A stretch of 24,000 nucleotides of DNA from Nanobdellota archaeon (GTDB lineage Archaea; Nanobdellota; Nanobdellia; Nanobdellales; Nanobdellaceae): contig AP031373.1 of the NCBI GenBank assembly GCA_042850255.1, positions 41,313 through 65,312 of the forward strand, read 5' to 3'. The notes under the pieces are model-generated. The model was not told the origin of the DNA, ran no database searches, and saw only the letters and a list, made by a program, of their open reading frames with translations. Below, piece by piece: positions 9,580 through 16,742 of this stretch (position 1 is the first letter of the stretch; each line of letters starts with the position of its first letter). The position numbers and the translations under genes are program-made.

Positions 9580-10062
9580 TTATTGTAAAGTTAAAGTACC
9601 TTCTTTTCTAATCCTTCTATAAGATATATCAAATAGTATTATTCCTATAATTAAATAAATCAAACTAGAAATTATTGATAAAAATAATAAATTATAATCT
9701 ACAGGTTCTTTTAATACAATATTTCTAAATTCTTGCAATAAAATTGAAGGAGAAAGTATTATAGTATATTTATAGAAAAAGAAAAAGGATAAAGAATATG
9801 ATACTGGAATAAAAGAAGAAAGAAACATGCTAATTAACCTCCTTATATATCTAGAATCTCCTCTTTTTAATAAATAAATTGGAGAAAAGATAAAGTAAAA
9901 TGATACTGTAAAAATTAATAATATTATAGAAAGTATAAAAGATATAAAAATTAGATATAAAAATGATTTAGAAAAGAATAAAAAGAATATAAAAAATAAT
10001 ATAGAGAATGTTAAATTAAAAGAAACAAATCTAGAAGATGTATTTTCATATTTTATTTCCAA
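9580..10062 (-). CDS. Membrane protein, unknown
   Basis: 160 aa with several hydrophobic segments. Confidence 0.5.
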   Translation of the reverse strand: MEIKYENTSSRFVSFNLTFSILFFIFFLFFSKSFLYLIFISFILSIILLIFTVSFYFIFSPIYLLKRGDSRYIRRLISMFLSSFIPVSYSLSFFFFYKYTIILSPSILLQEFRNIVLKEPVDYNLLFLSIISSLIYLIIGIILFDISYRRIRKEGTLTLQ

Positions 10063-10107
10063 TTCTCAAAAATAGTTTTTAAAGTATTTTTTCTAATATT
10101 ATCTTTA

Positions 10108-11436
10108 ATGAGTAGTAAATTAGATAATATACTTAATGATATAAAAGATATGAAAGATTATGATGAATTTATAAATTATATAAGATCCGATATAAATAGA
10201 GAATTTAAAAGTACTATGTATCTTGGCTATAAAACTAATGGTTCTGTTACTACTTTAAAAAAAGAGGAAATATTTCCAATAATATATGGAAGGTATTTTA
10301 TTCCAAGAGTATTTAATTACAACAACAATAGAAAAATAATACCAGATTATACTTACGATATCATAAAAATAGCTGTTGTATTTCAATTGGATGGAAATAA
10401 AGAAAAAAGATATATTAAAGAAATCGGACAAGAAAGAAAAGATATTTATATAGATTATGATAGAAGTAAAATGCCAGAATCTGTTATATTAGAGTCTGAA
10501 AATGATGATGATATAAAAAAATTAGTTCAAACAGTACCATATAATGGTGATGATCCTGATAACCAATTAAAAGAATCTATAAAAATTATTAGAGATAGAT
10601 CTGAAAAAGTTTATACTCCTACAATATTATTTATTCCTTTATTACATAATAACCCATATTTTTTGAAAATTAATTATATGAGTAAACCATATTTTCAACT
10701 TTATCCTTATAGTTTTACAGTTTATTTGGGAAGTCGAGAGGATGTTTTAGTACCAGATTATGTAGAAAATAATCTATTATCTTCTTTATTATTAACAGAT
10801 ATTGTTCCATATCCTACACTAGAGCCTACATTACTAAATTTGGATTACAAATTCGAATTTGATAAAAATAATTTAGAAAAAGGCTGGTACATAGAAGAAC
10901 ATGTAGATGAAGTAAATAATAAATTTTCAAATATAATAAAGAACATATCTAATGCAATAATAGAACTAAAATATTTACCTGAAGATATTTCTTCATATCA
11001 AATTTCTATAAAGGATAATAAACCAATATTTTTCGATATAGGATCTGGTATACAAGTTGTTTTGAATAAGGATCAATTAAAGAAAGTTGTAGTAAGTACT
11101 TTAGGTGATATTATAGATGGTATGACGAATTCCCCATTGTTGAAACATTGTAGAATAAATAATAGCATATTACAATGCGGGAGAAATATAGAAACTAAAA
11201 AGGAGGATTTATATAAATTAATTGAAGATATAACAGGAATAAAATATGAAGATACCACATATATGAGTTATAAAAATTTGTATACAGATATATTAGGAGA
11301 ATTAGAAAGAAAATATGAAATATTTAATGATTCATTTAGAAAAATAGATAATTTGAGAGATGAAGAATTTTATCCTATAAAATATTATTTAGAAAAAGTA
11401 ATAGAGATTTATTTAAGATCAAGAAAGATTATTTAA
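10108..11436 (+). CDS. Hypothetical protein (442 aa), no recognised family
   Basis: Long uninterrupted ORF with soluble-protein composition; no motif I recognise. Confidence 0.75.
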   Translation: MSSKLDNILNDIKDMKDYDEFINYIRSDINREFKSTMYLGYKTNGSVTTLKKEEIFPIIYGRYFIPRVFNYNNNRKIIPDYTYDIIKIAVVFQLDGNKEKRYIKEIGQERKDIYIDYDRSKMPESVILESENDDDIKKLVQTVPYNGDDPDNQLKESIKIIRDRSEKVYTPTILFIPLLHNNPYFLKINYMSKPYFQLYPYSFTVYLGSREDVLVPDYVENNLLSSLLLTDIVPYPTLEPTLLNLDYKFEFDKNNLEKGWYIEEHVDEVNNKFSNIIKNISNAIIELKYLPEDISSYQISIKDNKPIFFDIGSGIQVVLNKDQLKKVVVSTLGDIIDGMTNSPLLKHCRINNSILQCGRNIETKKEDLYKLIEDITGIKYEDTTYMSYKNLYTDILGELERKYEIFNDSFRKIDNLRDEEFYPIKYYLEKVIEIYLRSRKII

Positions 11437-12344
11437 TTATTTATAGGTTTATATTCTCTACCAATTTTTATATATTTTTCTTTAAATTTTTCTAAAGCTA
11501 TATAAGGATCATATTTACTTAATAAATCTAAAACAAATTCTAATTTCCTCATTTTTCTTTTGATAGTAAATCCTATTTCATTATAAAATTTTTGAATATC
11601 TTCTAATCTATAGATAATTAGATAATAAACGGTAAAATTGGCTATATATATTTTATTCCTAGCTTTTATAGCTTCCCCTTTCTTAGCGCCTATTCTATAT
11701 CTAGTTTTAATACCAAACTTATTTAATATATCTGCGATATTATCTAAAAGTTCTTTATTAGAATTACATAATTCTATAGCAATTCCTAATTTCTTACTTG
11801 TTCTTACTACAGGATACCCCTCTGCATCATAAAATCCTCTTAAAAAATATTTTATATAAGGCATAGAAAATTGTAAAAGTTCTCTCCAATCCCTATTTAG
11901 AAACATATATAATTGTTTAGATTTTATACGAGCAGCCCATCTATCAGATCTAGTTCTATCTCTTTCAAAAAATAAATCTACATCAAAACCCAATTTTTTA
12001 GCACATTTAGCAAATTCCTCAGCAAATTCTTTATCTATAACTCTTATTCTTACTCTATATTCATAGTTCTTCTCCCTAAAATACAAATCTCCATCACCTA
12101 AAAAGGCTCCTATTATATATGATAATTCTGGAGATGGTTTTATATCTCCTAAGTTTAATTTTTTAAATGGATCAGTAATATTATTACACCATCTTATTAC
12201 AGTAGCCTTTGATATTTTTACATTATATTTTTCCTTAATATAATTTACAATTTTGTTATAACTTAAACCTTCTTGCCTTAATGAGATTACTTCATTATGT
12301 ATTATTCTTAAACTTTCAGGATCTGTATTTTTCAGATTTTTCAT
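11433..12344 (-). CDS. Freestanding LAGLIDADG homing endonuclease-like protein with N-terminal HTH
   Basis: Two LAGLIDADG motifs (LSYIIGAFLGDGDLY and IKYFLRGFYDAEGYP), preceded by HTH-like LRQEGLSYNKIVNYIKEKYNVKISKATVIRWC. Confidence 0.88.
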   Translation of the reverse strand: MKNLKNTDPESLRIIHNEVISLRQEGLSYNKIVNYIKEKYNVKISKATVIRWCNNITDPFKKLNLGDIKPSPELSYIIGAFLGDGDLYFREKNYEYRVRIRVIDKEFAEEFAKCAKKLGFDVDLFFERDRTRSDRWAARIKSKQLYMFLNRDWRELLQFSMPYIKYFLRGFYDAEGYPVVRTSKKLGIAIELCNSNKELLDNIADILNKFGIKTRYRIGAKKGEAIKARNKIYIANFTVYYLIIYRLEDIQKFYNEIGFTIKRKMRKLEFVLDLLSKYDPYIALEKFKEKYIKIGREYKPINN

Positions 12345-12439
12345 AATCTATTTTTGGCTTATAAACTTTTTAAATCCTATGACATAATTATAATAAATTG
12401 ATATAATTCTTATGAAGGTATTTATAATATATATTCTTA

Positions 12440-12616
12440 ATGGAGATAAAACTAAAGGTAAAATTACAGAAAAAGATTACAAGAAAAATTGGTAACAAAG
12501 TATACTATAATTATTATATTACGATCCCTTCGAAGGTTATTGAAACATTGGGGTTAGATAAATATGTAGATAAAGAAATAGAAATTGTTGTAATACCTAT
12601 AAAAGATGAAAAATAG
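12440..12616 (+). CDS. AbrB/SpoVT-like small DNA-binding protein or orphan antitoxin
   Basis: Not in the ORF track (58 aa): MEIKLKVKLQKKITRKIGNKVYYNYYITIPSKVIETLGLDKYVDKEIEIVVIPIKDEK. Swapped-hairpin pattern (K.T..GN..Y...ITIPSKV...LGL......EIEI). Confidence 0.6.
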   Translation: MEIKLKVKLQKKITRKIGNKVYYNYYITIPSKVIETLGLDKYVDKEIEIVVIPIKDEK

Positions 12617-12666
12617 ATTTATAAGGATTATGTTTTTATATTACTGCCAAAAAGTAGTAATGGAAA

Positions 12667-12740
12667 AGCGGGGCGAGGATTTGAACCTCGGACCTGGGGG
12701 TTATGAGCCCCCCGGGCACTCCTGGCTGCCCTACCCCGCT
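12667..12740 (-). tRNA. Initiator tRNA-Met (CAT)
   Basis: Reverse complement AGCGGGGTAGGGCAGCCAGGAGTGCCCGGGGGGCTCATAACCCCCAGG...CGAGGTTCAAATCCTCGCCCCGCT. A1-U72 pair and G-rich anticodon stem (GGGGG/CCCCC) are archaeal initiator features. Confidence 0.93.
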
Positions 12741-12832
12741 ATCTATCTAAATTATATTATATAAAATTTATAAATGATTTTTCATAAAATAAAAACATAT
12801 TAAATTAAATAAAAATCAAAAAATCAGAAAAA

Positions 12833-13120
12833 TTATTTCTTTGATATTACAATTTCTATTGTTGATACCCTTCTTTTCTTCCCACTTTGATCTACTTGTC
12901 TTTCTTCAGAGTCTATTTTTATTGAAGATATATCTACTTGTCCTGCTAAGAATTTTTTTCTAACTACTTCTGCTACATCTACTGCTCTAGATATAAATCT
13001 TCCTCTTGCTTTTATTACTACTTCCTTTGCTTCTTGACTTGTAAATTGCATTACTACCGCTGTTACATAGTTCATAAATGGTTTGTTTCCTATGTATATT
13101 ACACTCTGTTCTGCCATCAT
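12833..13120 (-). CDS. albA: Chromatin protein Alba
   Basis: QSVIYIGNKPFMNYVTAVVMQF...EVVIKARGRFISRAVDVAEVVRKKF, typical Alba. Confidence 0.93.
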   Translation of the reverse strand: MMAEQSVIYIGNKPFMNYVTAVVMQFTSQEAKEVVIKARGRFISRAVDVAEVVRKKFLAGQVDISSIKIDSEERQVDQSGKKRRVSTIEIVISKK

Positions 13121-13311
13121 GAAGATTGTAATCTTCTTATTTGCCTTGTAATATATCCAGCCAACATATTTCTTAATCTCTTTGAAGGTAATGAAGTTAT
13201 AGCCTGCAATATTTTTATATTTTTCTTATAATCGGTAGTAAATAAATTTCCATATTTTTCCAATATTTTATTTGCTTCTCTTCTAAATTTACCATGAAGT
13301 ATCCTACCCAT
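13117..13311 (-). CDS. rps17e: Ribosomal protein S17e
   Basis: MGRI..KFRREANKILEKYGNLFTTDYKKN...LPSKRLRNMLAGYITRQIRR. Confidence 0.9.
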   Translation of the reverse strand: MGRILHGKFRREANKILEKYGNLFTTDYKKNIKILQAITSLPSKRLRNMLAGYITRQIRRLQSS

Positions 13312-13361
13312 ATTTTATAAATCTAAGATAAATTTATAAAGAGTAATTTGAATTCTATAAA

Positions 13362-13877
13362 ATGAAGATTGGAAAAAATCCTCCAGAAGATATAAATGTT
13401 TTTATAGAAATACCAAAAGGAAGCAATATAAAATATGAATTTGATGAAGAGGAAGGAGTAATAAAAGTTGATAGAATATTATATACTGCAATGTTTTATC
13501 CATTTAATTACGGATTTATACCAGAAACTCTGGAAGAAGATGGGGATCCATTGGATTGTTTAGTAATAACATATGAAACATTTGTACCAGGAGTAGTTAT
13601 TAGAGCAAAACCAATTGGAGTATTAATTACTGAAGACGAAGAAGGTGTTGATAGAAAAATAATTGCAGTTCCTCATGAAAAAATTGATCCAAGATTTTCA
13701 AATATAAAAGATATAAAAGATTTACCGGAAGCAATATTAAATCAAATAAAGCATTTCTATGAACATTATAAAGAATTGGAACCTGGTAAATTTGTGAAAG
13801 TAAAAGAATTTAAAGGAAAAGAAGAAGCTTTAAGTATAATTAAGGAAGCAGCGGAAAGATATAAAAACAAAAAATAA
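13362..13877 (+). CDS. ppa: Inorganic pyrophosphatase (family I)
   Basis: [68 protein letters not shown]. Confidence 0.97.
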   Translation: MKIGKNPPEDINVFIEIPKGSNIKYEFDEEEGVIKVDRILYTAMFYPFNYGFIPETLEEDGDPLDCLVITYETFVPGVVIRAKPIGVLITEDEEGVDRKIIAVPHEKIDPRFSNIKDIKDLPEAILNQIKHFYEHYKELEPGKFVKVKEFKGKEEALSIIKEAAERYKNKK

Positions 13878-13889
13878 ATTTATTTTTTA

Positions 13890-13935
13890 ATGAAGAAACA
13901 TTACGCTGCTGAATGGTGATGAGACCTTCCACTGA
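13890..13935 (+). ncRNA. Candidate C/D box sRNA (2'-O-methylation guide)
   Basis: Ordered boxes: C ATGAAGA (13890-13896), guide AACATTACGCTG (13897-13908), D' CTGA (13909-13912), 3-nt spacer, C' GTGATGA (13916-13922), guide GACCTTCCA (13923-13931), D CTGA (13932-13935). Spacing and order fit archaeal C/D sRNAs. Confidence 0.7.
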
Positions 13936-15005
13936 TGATAATAAAAGAAAGTTTTGAGAAGCATTTTAAAGAATTATTAGGAGATAAGTATGAATTATTT
14001 TTAGAATGGTCATTTAGATTATTAAAAAAATCTATAAGAATAAATACTATAAAAGTAAAAGATGATATAAATTTTGAAAATTTAAAGGATATATTATTAG
14101 AAAAACAAGATCATTTAAGGGAAAAAGAATTAGAAGAAATATATAAAAAAATAGATAATCTATACAATTTAAAACAGAATCCTTTTAGATTAGATATTAG
14201 TGCAAAAGAAATATTATCAAGATTAAAAGAAAAAGGATGGGAAATTGAAAGAATTCCTTTTTATAAATATGGATTTTGGGTAAAGGGAGATAGGAGAGAT
14301 ATAGGAAATACTATAGAATTTCAATTAGGATATTATTATCCGCAAGAAGCTGCATCTATGATTCCTCCCATAGCATTAGATCCAAAAAACAATGATTTAA
14401 TATTAGATTTAGCAGCATCTCCAGGTTCAAAAACTACACAAATTGCAATGCACATGGAAAATGAAGGATTAATTATAGCAAATGACGTATCTATTGATAG
14501 AATAAAAGCATTAGGAGAAAATTTACAAAGACAAGGGATAATTAATACAATTGTAACAATGATGGATGGAAGAAAAATAGATGAATTGAATTTAAAATTT
14601 GATAAAATTTTATTGGATACTCCATGTTCAGGTACTGGTGCTATAAGAAAATCATATAAAACATTAAAAATATGGAACGAAAAAACAATAGAAAGATTAA
14701 ATAGGTTACAGAGGCAATTAATTTTAAAAGCATTTGATGTATTGAAAGATGAGGGAGTTTTAGTTTATTCTACATGTTCAATAGAACCTTTAGAAGATGA
14801 ATTTGTAGTAGATTATTTATTGTCAAAAAGAGAAAATGCAAAAATAGAGAAAATAGATATTCCAAATTTAAATAAATCTGAAATAATTTCTGAATATAAA
14901 GGATTAAAATTAAAACATGAAGATGAAATAAAAAATACTATTAGGTTATGGCCATGGGATAATGATACAGAAGGTTTTTATATTGCAAAAATAAGGAAAT
15001 TATAA
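13935..15005 (+). CDS. NOL1/NOP2/Sun family RNA m5C methyltransferase
   Basis: DLAASPGSKTTQIA, DTPCSGTGAIRKS, VYSTCSIEPLEDE, RLWPWDNDTEGFYIAKI. Confidence 0.93.
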   Translation: MIIKESFEKHFKELLGDKYELFLEWSFRLLKKSIRINTIKVKDDINFENLKDILLEKQDHLREKELEEIYKKIDNLYNLKQNPFRLDISAKEILSRLKEKGWEIERIPFYKYGFWVKGDRRDIGNTIEFQLGYYYPQEAASMIPPIALDPKNNDLILDLAASPGSKTTQIAMHMENEGLIIANDVSIDRIKALGENLQRQGIINTIVTMMDGRKIDELNLKFDKILLDTPCSGTGAIRKSYKTLKIWNEKTIERLNRLQRQLILKAFDVLKDEGVLVYSTCSIEPLEDEFVVDYLLSKRENAKIEKIDIPNLNKSEIISEYKGLKLKHEDEIKNTIRLWPWDNDTEGFYIAKIRKL

Positions 15006-15043
15006 TTCTGGAAATAATATAATGTTAAGAACTTTATAGTAAT

Positions 15044-15117
15044 GCCCCCGAGGGGATTCGAACCCCTGATCTCCAGGACCGAAGCCCGGAATGTTGTCCT
15101 GGCTACACTACGGGGGC
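15044..15117 (-). tRNA. tRNA-Arg (TCG)
   Basis: Reverse complement GCCCCCGTAGTGTAGCCAGGAC...CCGGG-CTTCGGT-CCTGG...AGGGGTTCGAATCCCCT-CGGGGGC, followed by A73. Confidence 0.9.
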
Positions 15118-16623
15118 CTTATTTATTAATTCTAAATATGATTTATAATATTCATCAAAATATTGATCAAAAGAATAATTAATATTATATCTTTTTGATA
15201 GATAATTATATATATCGATAACTCTCTTTGGATAGTTTTTATCTGGTAAAGAATTTGATAACATTTGATATTCTAACATTTTCTTAAATATTTCTTCTTT
15301 CTTTATATTTTTTTCAATTGAAAATTCATTAGATATATTATTTATTTCATATGTTGATTCTAATCTTCCGAAATTGTATATTGCATAATCCTTTGGATTA
15401 AATATATTCATTAAATGATCTGAAAAATATTTATCATATATTAAATTTGGTAAAAACAATCCTAAAGATAAATATGGATTTATGATTGATGAATAATTAT
15501 TTCCCAAAGGTATACAAAATGATATATCATTTATATTGAATACATTAGAAATATATCTGATATTTTTTCCTAAGATAGATAATTCTTCATATGCAATTTT
15601 TTCTATTAAATATTTTGCAATATTATAATTTTTTTCTGAAGATAAATTATTTATATCAAAACCCGGTTTTTCTAAATCTTTAATTGTTATTTTATTTAAA
15701 TATAATCCTTCCATAATTAATCCTAATATGTATCCTAGATATAAAGTATCTAATCCATATTTATTTGCTGTATTTATTAAATCTGATATTAAATTTTCAT
15801 CAAATATACCAATAAATGGTCCCAACATATTAAAAGGTTCATATGGATATTCTTTCTTTAAATTTTTTATTAATGGATCTATATAATCATTAAATATTTT
15901 TTTATTTTCTTCTTCAGAAAAATATATATTTCTAAAATTTAGAATTGGTATTTTTTCTGATATTAATTCATATACTTCCTTTATTGATTCATGATATTTT
16001 ACTTTTTCAAAATCTAATTCTAATTTTTTTATTTCTATCTTATTATCTCCTCCAATAGATAATCCTGTAATATTATGATAATTATATAATATAGATCCTA
16101 TTCCTCCTTTTGTTGCTTTAATTTTATTTCCTTCAAATACTATTAAATTTCCATATATTGTATATTTTGATCCTAAACCTTCTAATAAAATAATAAAATC
16201 TTTTCCAGAGTATATATCTTTTATTGTATTATAATATTCTTCCTTTTTCTTAAACAAATCTTCAGAAATTTCATCTTCTAGAAATATTACATTATCATTA
16301 TCAATAATTAAAAAATATTTTTTATCTGCCTTTCCTTTTAATATTATTAAATCATTCCCAGTTAATTTAATATATTTGCCAAATGAGGATAAATTAATAT
16401 CAATTGAACCTGTTATTGGTGATCTATAAATTATTAATGAATTTATATTTTCCTTATCTTTTGAATATCCTACTGAAAATATTGTTAAATTATTTTCATA
16501 TGGATCCTTTTCATATGTTTTATTATCTAAATGTAATTTTATTGAATAATCCAAAGTTTTTTCATTGATTATTTCATTTTTCACTTCTTTTTTATTAAGA
16601 TCTATTAATAATGTTCTTATCAT
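15103..16623 (-). CDS. Divergent aldehyde:ferredoxin oxidoreductase (AOR)-family protein lacking Fe-S ligands
   Basis: LLIDLNKKEVKNEIINEK, LIIYRSPITGSIDINLSSFGKYIKLTGNDLIILKGKADKKYFLIID, IKATKGGIGSIL, NKYGLDTLYLGYILGLIMEGL and NSLPDKNYPKR align with AOR family blocks; only one cysteine in 506 aa. Its stop-side end overlaps the tRNA-Arg 5' end by 15 nt. Confidence 0.75.
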   Translation of the reverse strand: MIRTLLIDLNKKEVKNEIINEKTLDYSIKLHLDNKTYEKDPYENNLTIFSVGYSKDKENINSLIIYRSPITGSIDINLSSFGKYIKLTGNDLIILKGKADKKYFLIIDNDNVIFLEDEISEDLFKKKEEYYNTIKDIYSGKDFIILLEGLGSKYTIYGNLIVFEGNKIKATKGGIGSILYNYHNITGLSIGGDNKIEIKKLELDFEKVKYHESIKEVYELISEKIPILNFRNIYFSEEENKKIFNDYIDPLIKNLKKEYPYEPFNMLGPFIGIFDENLISDLINTANKYGLDTLYLGYILGLIMEGLYLNKITIKDLEKPGFDINNLSSEKNYNIAKYLIEKIAYEELSILGKNIRYISNVFNINDISFCIPLGNNYSSIINPYLSLGLFLPNLIYDKYFSDHLMNIFNPKDYAIYNFGRLESTYEINNISNEFSIEKNIKKEEIFKKMLEYQMLSNSLPDKNYPKRVIDIYNYLSKRYNINYSFDQYFDEYYKSYLELINKAPVV

Positions 16624-16659
16624 AATATAGATAAGATATCTAAAATAATATTAATTTAA

Positions 16660-16741
16660 GGACCCGTGCCCGAGAGGCCAAAGGGGCTCGGTTCAGGTCC
16701 GAGTGGTGAGAACCTTCGGGGGTTCGAATCCCCCCGGGTCC
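16660..16741 (+). tRNA. tRNA-Leu (CAG)
   Basis: GGACCCG...CTCGG-TTCAGGT-CCGAG-long variable arm-GGGGG-TTCGAAT-CCCCC-CGGGTCC, A73. Confidence 0.93.
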
Positions 16742-16742
16742 A

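Noticed and set aside
11073-11258. Minus-strand 61-aa ORF
   Set aside because: Antisense inside the 442-aa ORF, no supporting motif.
11638-11832. Plus-strand 64-aa hydrophobic ORF
   Set aside because: Antisense to the LAGLIDADG gene.
12628-12662. Possible small hairpin (ttact...agtaa) between the AbrB-like ORF and tRNA-iMet
   Set aside because: Stem of only about 5 bp in an AT-rich background, not distinguishable from chance.
13034-13231. Plus-strand 65-aa ORF
   Set aside because: Antisense to the Alba and S17e genes.
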